A stretch of DNA of 64,000 nucleotides from Candidatus Multivoradales bacterium. GTDB lineage: Bacteria > Acidobacteriota > Thermoanaerobaculia > Multivoradales > JAHEKO01. Below the pieces are notes generated by a model. The model did not search any database, had not been told where the DNA came from, and saw only the letters and a list, made by a program, of their open reading frames with translations. The stretch covers positions 288,001 to 352,000 of the forward strand of contig CBDCVR010000013.1 of NCBI GenBank assembly GCA_965223155.1, in the 5' to 3' direction. Shown here piece after piece: positions 37,430 through 47,714 of this stretch; position 1 is the first letter of the stretch; each line of letters opens with the position of its first letter. The position numbers and the translations under genes are program-made.

Positions 37430-38806
37430 ATGCTGGCGCTCGGGTTGTGCGCGCTGGTCGTTCCCGGTTGCCGGAACGCCAATGAGGCCGGCGCTCGGCG
37501 TCCGAACGTTCTGCTGGTCACGATCGACACCTTGAGTTTCCGAGAGGTCGGGTTCCTGGGTGGAGGAGAGGCGACACCGAATCTGGACCGATTCGCGAGC
37601 GAGAGCGTCGTCTTCCGGAACGCCTACTCGACGAGCTCGTGGACGCAACCCGCGATCGCCTCTATGTTCACCGGGCTTTATCCAACCCGGCACGGCATCG
37701 ACCAGGTGTTCGAAGCATTGCCCGAAGAGGCCGGGACTCTGGCCGAAAGCCTGTCCGAGGCCGGCTATCGCACCGCCGGAGTGGTCAGCAACTTCCTGCT
37801 ACGACGGGAGTTCGGACTGGCCCAGGGTTTCGCCGGCTGGGAGCAGGAACCCAGCCGCCTGGTCGGAGGCCGATCGTCGCCGGAGGTGACCGACCGCGCG
37901 ATTCATCGGCTCAGAAACGCTCCTCGGGACGCTCCCTGGTTTCTCTACGTCCACTATATGGATCCTCACTTCCCATACCTCCCGCACACGGAGTTCGACC
38001 GCTCCTCGGGCTACGAAGGGGCTCTGGCTCCGACCACGTCGCGCAAGGACCTGAAGCGCCTGCTGCCCGAGCTCGAAGCGGCCGACTACGAGTACCTGCG
38101 GAACCTTTACCGGGAGGAGGTCGCCTTCACCGATCATCACCTAGGCCGGCTGCTGGAGGCTCTGGACGGATCCGGTGCCGCGGAGGACACTCTCGTGATC
38201 ATCACCTCGGACCACGGCGAGGAGTTCTTCGAGCACGGCTGGTTCGAGCACATCCGAACCCTGTACGACGAGCTGGTACGGATGGTACTGGTAGTCCGCT
38301 GGCCGGGAACGCCGGCCGCGGTCGTCGAGGACCCGGTTTCCGTGGTTTCGGTCCCAGCCACGGTCCTGGAGGCGGCGGGAGTTCGCCCCGAGTTTCGCTT
38401 CGATGGCCGCCCGCTGCCACGCGGTCCGCGCCCGCGCTCTTCAGACCCAACTGTACCGATCGCACCGGACCGCCCCGGCCGCGCCTTCCTGGAGGTGGAC
38501 TTCGTGCCGACACCGCACATGGGCGATGCCTTCGATCCGATCCTGAACGTCTCCAAGACCGGGCTCGTGGTGGATGGTCTGAAACTGGTGCGCGATCTCA
38601 AGGTGGGGCGCTACGAGCTTTTCGACCTGGCTCGCGACCCCTTCGAGACCGACAACCTCTATCCCGGCCACGCCGCGGCCAGCGATCTCGTCGCCGAGTT
38701 GTCGGCCTGGGAAGCGTGGAAGGACGCGAGCGCCGGCGCGAGCCAGGAGGTCGAGTTAGACCAGCAGGGGCTCGACGCGCTTCGGAAGCTGGGCTACGTC
38801 GAGTAG
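37430..38806 (+). CDS. Sulfatase-like hydrolase
   Basis: PNVLLVTIDT, SWTQPAIAS, HYMDPH, SDHGEEF, LRKLGY. Confidence 0.9.
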   Translation: MLALGLCALVVPGCRNANEAGARRPNVLLVTIDTLSFREVGFLGGGEATPNLDRFASESVVFRNAYSTSSWTQPAIASMFTGLYPTRHGIDQVFEALPEEAGTLAESLSEAGYRTAGVVSNFLLRREFGLAQGFAGWEQEPSRLVGGRSSPEVTDRAIHRLRNAPRDAPWFLYVHYMDPHFPYLPHTEFDRSSGYEGALAPTTSRKDLKRLLPELEAADYEYLRNLYREEVAFTDHHLGRLLEALDGSGAAEDTLVIITSDHGEEFFEHGWFEHIRTLYDELVRMVLVVRWPGTPAAVVEDPVSVVSVPATVLEAAGVRPEFRFDGRPLPRGPRPRSSDPTVPIAPDRPGRAFLEVDFVPTPHMGDAFDPILNVSKTGLVVDGLKLVRDLKVGRYELFDLARDPFETDNLYPGHAAASDLVAELSAWEAWKDASAGASQEVELDQQGLDALRKLGYVE

Positions 38807-38820
38807 GTCGAGCAAGACCA

Positions 38821-41277
38821 CTACGTCTCGACGCCGAGGAAGGTATAGAGCGACAGGAGGACGAAGGCCAGGGCCGGGGTCCACACCGCCAGCGGCGCGG
38901 GTAGGGCGCCGGTTTCGCCCAGGGTGGTGCAGAACGCCACCGTGGCCATGAAGATCATGCCCAGGATGAGGCCGATGCCGACGCCGTAGAGGGCTCCCTT
39001 GCGGCCCAGGCGGAACGCGAAGGGCAAGGCCACCAGCGCCATGACCGCGAAGGTGGCGGGCCGGCTGACCTTGGATTGGAGCTGGGTTTTCAAGTCGGGC
39101 ACCGCTTGACCGCTGGATTCGAGCTCGCCGATGTAGCGTTTGAGAGCGGGGTAGGAGAGGGTGTCCGGAGTTCGGATCTCGGACTCGAAGAACTCCGGCG
39201 ACTCGGGGAAGTCCACGATGACCGGCCGGTCGAAGCGTTGATAGGTGGTGGTCTCGAGCCCGTCGAAGGAGCGGATCCAGGTGTCGTGAAAGAGCCAGCC
39301 GTCGCCGACCCAGCGCGCTCGCTCGGAGTAGAGACGGCTTTCCAGACGGTGATTCGAGTCGAACTCGAAGACCTGGAGCTTGTGCAGCTCTTTGCGCTCG
39401 CCGTCGTAGTTCAGGTAGTTGTAGATGTAGCGGTCCTGCCCGAAGAGCCAGTTGCGATCGCCGCGCCGGTAGGTCCGGACCACCTTCTTGCCGCGAATGA
39501 CGTCGTTCAACTGGGCGGCCCGCTGATTGGCGGCGGGCAGGATGCGTTCTTGCACCCAGGCTCCCAGAACCGAGATCACCAGGGCCGCGGCCAGGGCCGG
39601 CAGCGCCAGGCGGTACAGGCTCACTCCGGAAGCCTTGGCTGCGACCACCTCGTTGCGCTTCGCGAGCACGCCGAAGACCGCCAGCGTGGTCAGGAGCACC
39701 GAGATCGGGGTCACCTCGTAGGCGATCTGGAGAGACTGGTACTTGAAGTAGTCGAGCACCACCTCGAGCGGCACGTTGTTGTCCAAGATCTCGTCGATGA
39801 GTTCGGTCAGATTCGAGACCGAAAAGACGGCCAGGGCCGAGAGCAGGACCAAAGCAAACGTGCTGGCGAAGTGGCGGATGACGTAGCGGTCGAGCCGGTT
39901 CGGAAAGCGCATGGTCCAGCGGGGGAGACGGAGCACGACGCCGCCGTTGGCCGCATCTTCAGGGGCCGCCCCGGAAGGGCCTTCGGAACCCGGGGAGGCC
40001 ATGGAAACCGTGGAATCCAGGGTCCGGCGGGCCGCCTGCCGGGCCCGTTGGCGGCGGCTGGCACGCCGATCGGCGCGGCGAATGCGCAGGGCGCCGAGCA
40101 GCTTTCCGAAGAGCGGCGCCACCCGAGTCCTCAAGGCCAGGTCCAGTTTCTTGGGCAAGAGCGGCAGGTCGTCATTCTTGCGAAAGAGCAGCACCAGCCC
40201 GAGTGTCGCGAGGACCAGGTTGGGCAGCCACATGGCGAGCCACGCCGGCATGCGGTCGAACCGGGCCGCCTCCTCGCCATTGCTGAGCAGAACGTAGTAG
40301 ACGATGATGACCAAGATCGACAGCGCGAATCCGGTGGCGCGGCCGCCGCGCACCCGTTGGATTCCGAGCGGTACCGCCAAAAGGCCGAAGACCAGGCAAG
40401 CGACCGGGATCGAGAACTTCTTGTGGATCTCGACGTTCGAGAGGTTGCGGAGCTCGTCGGGCAGGTTGGGATCCGTTCGCCGTTGGCGCAGCTCCGAGAT
40501 CGTCAGCTCGCGTAGACCCTTGGTCGCTTGGCGACGGAGATTCAACTCGGCGAGAGGGTCTTCCAGGACCTGATCGACCTCGTCGTAGCGGCTGGTGTCG
40601 TACTGGTCGGGCGTCTGGAAATCCACCTTGTGGCTGACCACGTCCTCGAGCTCCAGAACCAATTGGTGCGGGTTGTCGGGATCGGCACGAATGATGCCGC
40701 GGTCGGCGACGCTGGTTTCGTTGTCGAGCCCGGCTTGAGTCCGGGCGACGAAGACGCCCTCCCAGGGATCAGTGCTTCCCGGTACCGATTCGAAGACGTA
40801 GACGATAAGGCCGATCCATTCCTCGTAGAAGACCCGGGGCTCGACCTGTTCGGCTACCGAACGGGCGATGATCTCGCGTCGCAGCTCCTGGAGGGCGGCG
40901 TTGCCGCGAGGCAGGAGATAGAGGGTTAGGGCCATGTTGATGAGCGTCAGGAAGGCGCCGACCCAGAGGACGGGCTTGAGCACGGCGAAATAGCTGATTC
41001 CGGTCGAGCGCATGGCGGTGAGCTCGCTGTCGCCCGAGAGCCGTCCGGTCGAGACCAGAACCGCGAACAGAAAGGCCATGGGGATGGTCAGGACCACGAT
41101 GTTCGGCAAGGTGGCGACCAAGAGCTTGCCGACCAGCTCGGCGGGCACCCCTCGCCGGATGATCATCTCGGCCGACGAAAACAGGAAGTTCGTCAGGAGC
41201 AGAAAGGTATAGGCCAGAAGACCCAGCGCCAGCGGGCCCGAGATCTCGGAGACGAGGTAGCGGTCGAGTCGCTTCAT
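38821..41277 (-). CDS. Fused LptF-LptG LPS export permease
   Basis: Two tandem YjgP/YjgQ modules, each beginning (R)LDRY; DSELTAMRSTG and RNEVVAAKASG. Confidence 0.9.
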   Translation of the reverse strand: MKRLDRYLVSEISGPLALGLLAYTFLLLTNFLFSSAEMIIRRGVPAELVGKLLVATLPNIVVLTIPMAFLFAVLVSTGRLSGDSELTAMRSTGISYFAVLKPVLWVGAFLTLINMALTLYLLPRGNAALQELRREIIARSVAEQVEPRVFYEEWIGLIVYVFESVPGSTDPWEGVFVARTQAGLDNETSVADRGIIRADPDNPHQLVLELEDVVSHKVDFQTPDQYDTSRYDEVDQVLEDPLAELNLRRQATKGLRELTISELRQRRTDPNLPDELRNLSNVEIHKKFSIPVACLVFGLLAVPLGIQRVRGGRATGFALSILVIIVYYVLLSNGEEAARFDRMPAWLAMWLPNLVLATLGLVLLFRKNDDLPLLPKKLDLALRTRVAPLFGKLLGALRIRRADRRASRRQRARQAARRTLDSTVSMASPGSEGPSGAAPEDAANGGVVLRLPRWTMRFPNRLDRYVIRHFASTFALVLLSALAVFSVSNLTELIDEILDNNVPLEVVLDYFKYQSLQIAYEVTPISVLLTTLAVFGVLAKRNEVVAAKASGVSLYRLALPALAAALVISVLGAWVQERILPAANQRAAQLNDVIRGKKVVRTYRRGDRNWLFGQDRYIYNYLNYDGERKELHKLQVFEFDSNHRLESRLYSERARWVGDGWLFHDTWIRSFDGLETTTYQRFDRPVIVDFPESPEFFESEIRTPDTLSYPALKRYIGELESSGQAVPDLKTQLQSKVSRPATFAVMALVALPFAFRLGRKGALYGVGIGLILGMIFMATVAFCTTLGETGALPAPLAVWTPALAFVLLSLYTFLGVET

Positions 41278-41396
41278 CGCAGGCCGGACTATACGAAAGC
41301 CGGGTACTTGAGGTCAGAACGAGCGGCAGTGAGAGATCGCACAGTCGCTCCGCAAGCAGCATCCATGGAGAAGCTACTCGCGAGGACTAGCGGGCT

Positions 41397-42131
41397 TCAA
41401 CTAGAAGTTTGCCTTTCCGGTCCGGCAGCGCGTTCGCCCCGCCGCCCAGACGCTACGTGTGCGAAATCCTGAAAGCCGATGAACTTGACCGCCCAGAAGA
41501 GAGTCAGGCCGATGAAGAACCAGACATCGAAAAGCCAGACGAAGAGCGGCGACGCGGAGTAGAGGCAGCGGACGGCCAAGGTGTATCGATTCGAAGCGCG
41601 ATTGACAAGGGTGGAAAAGTAGTCGACGGGTTCCCCTTCGCGCTCGGCGACCAGCTCGGGGTCCGCGCCGATCACGAGGTTGAAGTGGCCGAGATGCCGA
41701 AGGGAGGTCATGCAGTACGAGAACGCTACGGCGAAGACAAGAATCAGCAAGAACAGCTTGACCGCCTGGGCGTCTGGGTGTTGGGACCACCGCACGGGTT
41801 CGGTGATCGCTTCGCTGAAGTGCGGATACCGGATCAGGACGTTCGCCGTTACGCCCATGAGAATCAGGGCGGAGGAAGCCAGCAAGGAGTTGACCATGGT
41901 CAGATTCCTGGTCTGCTGGGCCGCCGCGATGATGTCCCGACGCTCGAGGATCCCCTCGATCCACGAGCGCCGAAAGGCGTCGACACGCGCTTTCGCGGAG
42001 TGTCTCGGAAACAGTCGCATCAGCGAGGGATAGACGGAATGGTAGACGGGAAAGACCAGCAAAAAGAGAATGAGGCCTAGCGTGTCGAGAGGGTTCTCGA
42101 AGAGGGCAAACCAGTGCAGGGTCGTGCGCAT
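41397..42131 (-). CDS. DUF599-like membrane protein
   Basis: RRSW, AAQQTRNLTMVNSLLASS pattern; hydrophobic segments. Confidence 0.75.
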   Translation of the reverse strand: MRTTLHWFALFENPLDTLGLILFLLVFPVYHSVYPSLMRLFPRHSAKARVDAFRRSWIEGILERRDIIAAAQQTRNLTMVNSLLASSALILMGVTANVLIRYPHFSEAITEPVRWSQHPDAQAVKLFLLILVFAVAFSYCMTSLRHLGHFNLVIGADPELVAEREGEPVDYFSTLVNRASNRYTLAVRCLYSASPLFVWLFDVWFFIGLTLFWAVKFIGFQDFAHVASGRRGERAAGPERQTSS

Positions 42132-42322
42132 AGAAAGCCAAGTGTATAGGGATCCTTGGCGTAGAAGACACAAGCTGCTCGCCCCACGTTGAGTCCGATA
42201 AGATAGATTATGTCAACTTCAGCCCCAATCGGATGCTGGCTCCGCCTTCCGGCTTATGCCCTGCCGCACCATTCTGGATAGGCACCCCCTCCCCTGGGCA
42301 CACGGGCCAGTCCCACACGCGT

Positions 42323-42911
42323 CTACGAATAGAGATCGCCGGACAGGTAGCGCAGGCCGGAATCGACGATCACGGTGACGACGATCTTGCCCGGTCCGAG
42401 AGCGCGTGCTCGCTCCAGTGCGGCCCACACGTTCGCTCCGGAAGTGCTGCCGCCGAGAATCCCTGTTGACCTGGTCTGGCCAAAAGGTGCCCGGCTCCCC
42501 GACGAAGTCTCGCGTGCGGGCGATCATGCGATCGATGACGCCGGCAGTCAGGATCCCACCCTCGGCCGGCACAATCTCCACTGTGGCGCCGAAAGCGCGC
42601 ATGGTTTGGAGCTTTTCGGCCGAAAAGCCGTCCGAGGACACGAAATACGCACGATAACCCCGCTGGGCGCAGACCATAGCCAGGGAACTCCCGGTGCTGC
42701 CGCCTGTGTACTCGATGACTCGACCGCCGGCTGCCAGCTCGCCTCGGCTCTCGGCTCCTCGAATCATGGAGAGCGCCATGCGGTCCTTCATGCTGCCGGT
42801 GGGATTCGCTCCTTCGAGCTTGACGTATACGCTCGCCGACTCCGGCCCGGCCAGCCGTCGCAGCTTCACCATGGGCGTGCTGCCGATGCTCTGGAGTCGT
42901 CCGCCGCTCAC
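42323..42911 (-). pseudogene. Cysteine synthase (CysK/CysM family) with internal deletion and frameshift
   Basis: KLEGANPTGSMKDR...WPDQVN jumps at about 42464 to out-of-frame GILGGSTSGANV...DSGLRYLS-stop. Confidence 0.85.
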
Positions 42912-42965
42912 TTGAAGTCCCTGGTGCCGCGCGCGTCGACCGGTGCGGACGGCTTCCCCGTCCGC

Positions 42966-43841
42966 TTAGGACTCGTCTTCGCTCTTCAGCCGATCCAGAA
43001 TCGTTTCGAGCGCCTGGATCACGTCCGCCTTCTCCACGTCCTGCTGCCGGAACTTGAGCGACACCCGGAAGTTCTTGTCCGGGTCGCGGAAGGTGAAGCT
43101 GGGGGTGGACGGACCGCCTCGTCTCTGCGGCTGGCGCTTCCGGGCCCGCACCTGGTCCCGGAGCCCCTCGCGGTCGATCTCACGGGCGGCAAAGGCTTCG
43201 ACGAGATGGATCTGGTCGGCTTCGGAGGCGCCGGCCTTCTCGATCTCGAGGAGGACCGACTTCGTCGTCACCCCCAGGGCATCAGCGGCGTCCCGCACAC
43301 GCTGTCCGAGCTTCAAGAGCTGAAGGCTCTCGGTCACCGAGCTCCGCGACTTGCTGATCGCGGAGGCGATTTGCTCGTGGGTATAGCCGTGGATCTCCCC
43401 CAACGCACGGTAGCCTTCGGCTTCCTCGAACGGAGTCAGGTCCTTGCGCTGGAGGTTTTCGATGAGAGCGATCTCCAGGGCTTCGTCTTCCTCGACGTCC
43501 ATGATGATGGCAGGGATCTCGTCACTCTCCAGAGCCTGGGCGGCCTGGAACCGGCGCTCGCCGGAGATGATCCGGTAACGTCGGCCGTGGCGAGCTTCCA
43601 GCTCCTCCAGAGGCCGGACCAGAATCGGCTCCAAGACACCCTTGTCCCGGATGGATTCGACCAGCTCGTGCAGGTCTCCCATCGTGCTTCGCGGCTGGTT
43701 GGGGTCGGGCTCGATGGCCGACATCGGCAGCATGCGGCCGATGCTTTCGCTCGGCGTGCGCTCGACCAGCTCGTCAACGAAATGTTGGTCGTGCCGCATC
43801 TTGACGCGGAGCGGCAGGCCGCGCTTGCTGGTTTCAGACAC
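42966..43841 (-). CDS. parB: ParB/Spo0J-family protein
   Basis: PNQPR, SGERRFQAA, ENLQRKDL, HTH. Confidence 0.9.
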   Translation of the reverse strand: MSETSKRGLPLRVKMRHDQHFVDELVERTPSESIGRMLPMSAIEPDPNQPRSTMGDLHELVESIRDKGVLEPILVRPLEELEARHGRRYRIISGERRFQAAQALESDEIPAIIMDVEEDEALEIALIENLQRKDLTPFEEAEGYRALGEIHGYTHEQIASAISKSRSSVTESLQLLKLGQRVRDAADALGVTTKSVLLEIEKAGASEADQIHLVEAFAAREIDREGLRDQVRARKRQPQRRGGPSTPSFTFRDPDKNFRVSLKFRQQDVEKADVIQALETILDRLKSEDES

Positions 43842-44592
43842 GGCTCAGAACCTCCTCGGACAGCTTGTAGTACTCGAAGGCCCCGCTCGAGCGGGGCGAA
43901 AACGTGAAGATCGATTCCCGGTAGGCCGGGCTCTCTTCCAGCCGGACGCTCTTCGAGATGACGGTATCGAAGAGCTTCTTGCCGAAAACCTGCGAGACCT
44001 GCTCGCGAATGTCCCTGGAGAGCTTGGTGCGCTTGTCGAAGAGGGTCAGCACCGCCCCCAGAAGCTGAAGCTGGGGGTTGGTGCGGTACTTGATCTTGTC
44101 GATGGTCTCGAGCAGGTCGTCCGTGCCTTCGAGCGCGTAGTAGCTCGACTGGATCGGGATCAAGACGTGGGTCGCGGCCGCGAGCGCGTTGACCGTGATG
44201 ATTCCCAGCGTCGGGGGCGTGTCGATGACGATGTGCTCCCAGCGCCGGCGAACGGGCTTGATCGAGTCCTTGAGACGGTAGAAGCTGTCGATCTCGCCCA
44301 TGAGCTTGGCTTCCACCTTGGCCAGGCTGATTGAAGCCGGGGCGACCCAGAGGTTCGAGACGCTATCGACCTCCTGCACGACCTCGGGAAAGCCGATGTC
44401 CGGATCGGTCAGGACGTGGTAGACGGAGCGTTCGGTGCCGTCGAGATCCAGAAATGACAGGGAGCTGTTGGCCTGCGGGTCCAAGTCGATCAGCAGGGTT
44501 TTCTGCCCCTTGGAAGCGAACGCCGCGGCCAAGTTGATGGCGGTCGTGGTCTTCCCCACCCCGCCTTTTTGGTTGGTAATCGCGACGATCAT
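43834..44592 (-). CDS. parA: ParA/Soj-family ATPase
   Basis: NQKGGVGKTT, DLDPQAN, DTPP. Confidence 0.93.
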   Translation of the reverse strand: MIVAITNQKGGVGKTTTAINLAAAFASKGQKTLLIDLDPQANSSLSFLDLDGTERSVYHVLTDPDIGFPEVVQEVDSVSNLWVAPASISLAKVEAKLMGEIDSFYRLKDSIKPVRRRWEHIVIDTPPTLGIITVNALAAATHVLIPIQSSYYALEGTDDLLETIDKIKYRTNPQLQLLGAVLTLFDKRTKLSRDIREQVSQVFGKKLFDTVISKSVRLEESPAYRESIFTFSPRSSGAFEYYKLSEEVLSRV

Positions 44593-44744
44593 CCGTCGGG
44601 CGCAGTGTATGGAACCGGCCCGAACGGGTCAACTGGCAATAGGCGCGACTGCGTGGGCGCTCGAACGGGCTCGGTCGTGCCAATGTCGGCATGCCGACAT
44701 TCGAGCCAAGCCGCTGACCCGGAGGGACTTGCGGCTTGCCGGGA

Positions 44745-45257
44745 CTACATTTCGTACTTGCCGAAGTCCTCGGGCTTGGCTTCTTCGAGCCACTTCTTGA
44801 GACGCTCTTCGTCGGCGACGCGCTCGCTCAAGCCTTCGACTTGGGCCTTTTCGAAGACGTCTTCGTCCACGAAGAGCGGCGCGTCGGCTCGCAGCGCAAG
44901 GGCGATGGCGTCGGACGGGCGAGAATCCACGGTGCGGGCCCCGAACGACCCGTCAAGGTGGATTTCGGCAAAGAATGTGCTGTCTCGAAGATCGGTCACG
45001 ACGACCTTCGAGACCGAGGCGTCCACCTCCACAAGCAAATTGCGCAGCAGATCGTGAGTCAGCGGCCGGGGCGCATCGACGTCTTCGAGGAAGAGGGCAA
45101 TTGCCTGGGCCTCGAAGACGCCGATCCAGATCGGCAAATAGCGCTCGCCGTCGGCGTCATGGAGCACGACGATCGGGAGGTTGCTGCTGGGATCCAGCAT
45201 CAGGCCGCGAACCTCGACCAGGACTCGATCGTGGGAGCTGCCGCCGTCGTCGGTCAT
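44745..45257 (-). CDS. Bifunctional nuclease family (DUF151)
   Basis: LPIWIG, RPLTHDL, DSRPSDAIALA. Confidence 0.92.
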   Translation of the reverse strand: MTDDGGSSHDRVLVEVRGLMLDPSSNLPIVVLHDADGERYLPIWIGVFEAQAIALFLEDVDAPRPLTHDLLRNLLVEVDASVSKVVVTDLRDSTFFAEIHLDGSFGARTVDSRPSDAIALALRADAPLFVDEDVFEKAQVEGLSERVADEERLKKWLEEAKPEDFGKYEM

Positions 45258-45317
45258 GCCCGGGCATTGTGCGACGGGGCGGCGTCTCGGTCAAGCGAGC
45301 GCGCCTCAGGACAGTGG

Positions 45318-46739
45318 TCAGCAGGCGATGACGGCAAGCGCCGGTGCAGGCCGCTCGCTCAAGCGGCCAATCAAGCTGTGCGGCAGCGCCTGCTCGATGC
45401 GCACCGGCACGATCTCGCCCACCGGGATGGCGCTTCCTCCGTCGAGGGGAAAGTGCGCGACCCGATGGCAGGGAGTCCGTCCGGTCTGGGTGCCCGGGCG
45501 CTTGCCCCAGCCGGTGACCAGGACCTCCAGGGTGGAGCCGACGAGCGCCTGGTTCAGTCGGAGCTGGATCGGTTCCTGGGCCCGGAACAGTTTCTGGAGT
45601 CGGCGATCCGCGACCTCGGCCGCGACCGGAGGCCCCAGCTTGGGGGCCGCGGTTCCCGGACGGGGCGAGTACTTGAAGGCGAAGATGGAGCTGAACTCGA
45701 GCTCGTGGACCAGGGCCAGGGTGCGTTCGAACTCGGCTTCAGTCTCCCCCGGAAATCCCACGATGAGGTCGGTCGAGAGCGCCAGGTCCGGCCGAGCCGC
45801 GCGCAGGTCCGCCACCAGCTCCCGGTAGCTCTCGATGGTGTAACCCCGTCCCATCCGGTGCAGGACCTCGTTCGAGCCCGACTGGACGGGCAAGTGGAGA
45901 TAGGGACTGATATTGGCGTGGCGGCCCACCTGCTCCACCATGCGCGGCGTGAAGTCGCGTGGGTACGAGGTGACGAAGCGCAGGCGGTCGACACCCGGAA
46001 TGGTGGCCACCCGGTCCAGGAGATCCGCGAAGTCGCCGGCGCCGTCGGGATCGACCCAGTGGTTCACGGTCTGGCCCAGGAGCTCGATCTCCCGGAAGCC
46101 GAACTCCACCAGGTGCCGAACCTCGGCGAGTACGTCGCTCATGGTCCGGCTCAGCTCTGGACCCCGCGTCTGGGGCACGATGCAGAACGTGCAGTTCTTG
46201 TTGCAGCCCTCGATGATCGTAACCATGCCCTTGAAGGAGCCGTCCCGGGCAATCGCATTCAGGTCGTAGTCGCGATCCTCGGGAAAGCCGACCGCCACCA
46301 CCCGCTCGCCGGCACGGCGGCGGTCCAGCACGTCCAGAATCTCCCCGACCCGGGCGGGACCCAGGACGAAGTCCAGATCGGGCACTCGCCGCAGGGCACG
46401 CTCCCCCGCCTCCTGGGCGACGCATCCGCACAGGCCGATGGCGAGGTGCGGCCGATCGGCCTTCAAACGCCGGTACTCGCCCAGCCGGGAATAGACCTTC
46501 TGCTCGGCCTTCTCGCGGACGCTACAGGAATTGAGCAGGATGAGATCGGCATCGGCCGGGGCGCGCGTCGGCAGGAATCCCGCCTCCATCAGCTTGCCCG
46601 CCAGGCGCTGGCTGTCGAGCTCGTTCATCTGGCAGCCCCAGGTCTCGACGAAAAAGCGCCGGCCGCTACTCGGGACCGCGTCCGACGGAACCTGGTCCGA
46701 TTCGGGGCTGGCCGGGCGAGCCTGCTGGTCAGTCTCCAT
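45318..46739 (-). CDS. miaB: tRNA methylthiotransferase MiaB
   Basis: GCQMN, CNKNCTFC, IVGFPGET, TRAM domain. Confidence 0.95.
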   Translation of the reverse strand: METDQQARPASPESDQVPSDAVPSSGRRFFVETWGCQMNELDSQRLAGKLMEAGFLPTRAPADADLILLNSCSVREKAEQKVYSRLGEYRRLKADRPHLAIGLCGCVAQEAGERALRRVPDLDFVLGPARVGEILDVLDRRRAGERVVAVGFPEDRDYDLNAIARDGSFKGMVTIIEGCNKNCTFCIVPQTRGPELSRTMSDVLAEVRHLVEFGFREIELLGQTVNHWVDPDGAGDFADLLDRVATIPGVDRLRFVTSYPRDFTPRMVEQVGRHANISPYLHLPVQSGSNEVLHRMGRGYTIESYRELVADLRAARPDLALSTDLIVGFPGETEAEFERTLALVHELEFSSIFAFKYSPRPGTAAPKLGPPVAAEVADRRLQKLFRAQEPIQLRLNQALVGSTLEVLVTGWGKRPGTQTGRTPCHRVAHFPLDGGSAIPVGEIVPVRIEQALPHSLIGRLSERPAPALAVIAC

Positions 46740-47709
46740 CGGGATCCTCGGCGATCGTCGGCTCCCCCACGACGTGTTCCCTGGGCTTCGGAGCGGAGGT
46801 GACCGCCTCCACCTCGAACTCGGGTTCGAGCTCACGGCCTTCCCGCAGCCAACCCGGCAGCGCTCCTGCCCGGCGGCCTTCCTCGAGAATCTGCCCGACG
46901 GCGCGCTCGAACTCCAGGGCCGCGCTTCGCGCCTCTTCCAGCCGGTCCAGAGCTCGATCCCACTGCGGCTTGATGCGTCGATCCCGGTAGTAGGGATCGT
47001 CCTCTTCGTAGAACTGGGTGCGCAGCTCGGTAATGCGCCGCTGGAGATGCAGGATTTCTTCCGCCGCGTTGTGCCAGTTGGTCCGGGCCTCCAGGATTCG
47101 ACGGCGCCAGAATTGCTCGACCGTCTCCGGGTCGCCGGGCTCTGCCGAGGGTCCGGTTGCGGCGCTCTCGGACTCGCCTTGGGCCGGAGTGCCGTCGGGC
47201 GCCGCATCCGAGCCGGCCACGGCGCCGCCGACGGTCATTTCGGTCAACTGGCCCTTCGACCAGTTCTTCAGATTCTTGTCGGTGATGACCGCGATCTGCT
47301 CACTGCTCCCCTTGCGCCGTTCGCGTTCGGCTCTGGCTGCTTCGACCAGGGCGCGCCGCCGATCCTGGGCGGGCATCTCGGTGGCGCTGTCCTCCAGGAC
47401 CACGGTCTTGGCATCGGAGACCGAGGCGGCCGCGGCCTCCGAGGCCGAGCCCGAGCTCGATTCGGAGCCCGAATCCGAAGGCGTGGTGGCGGTTCGAGTG
47501 CCATCGGACGCAGCAGGGGCCGGGCTCTCAGATGCGGCCGCCGCCGTTGCCGGGTCGGTGGGCGGCGCGGTCGAGGCCATGGTCTGGGGCGGCAGGCGGT
47601 CGGTCTTGGGCTGGCTGGCGCAGCCGCTGATGCCGGCCCAGAGCATGAGTGCGCAAACGGCGGCCACCAGGGACGGCGCAATCTGAACTGGGTTGCACGA
47701 GGTTGCCAC
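46729..47709 (-). CDS. Hypothetical lipoprotein with coiled coil
   Basis: Lipobox ISGC, VITDKNL, GALPGWLR; start uncertain. Confidence 0.65.
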   Translation of the reverse strand: MATSCNPVQIAPSLVAAVCALMLWAGISGCASQPKTDRLPPQTMASTAPPTDPATAAAASESPAPAASDGTRTATTPSDSGSESSSGSASEAAAASVSDAKTVVLEDSATEMPAQDRRRALVEAARAERERRKGSSEQIAVITDKNLKNWSKGQLTEMTVGGAVAGSDAAPDGTPAQGESESAATGPSAEPGDPETVEQFWRRRILEARTNWHNAAEEILHLQRRITELRTQFYEEDDPYYRDRRIKPQWDRALDRLEEARSAALEFERAVGQILEEGRRAGALPGWLREGRELEPEFEVEAVTSAPKPREHVVGEPTIAEDPDGD

Positions 47710-47714
47710 GGCGT

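Noticed and set aside
42323-42470. Programmed frameshift in cysteine synthase
   Set aside because: A large essential central segment is missing, so frameshifting could not restore the enzyme.
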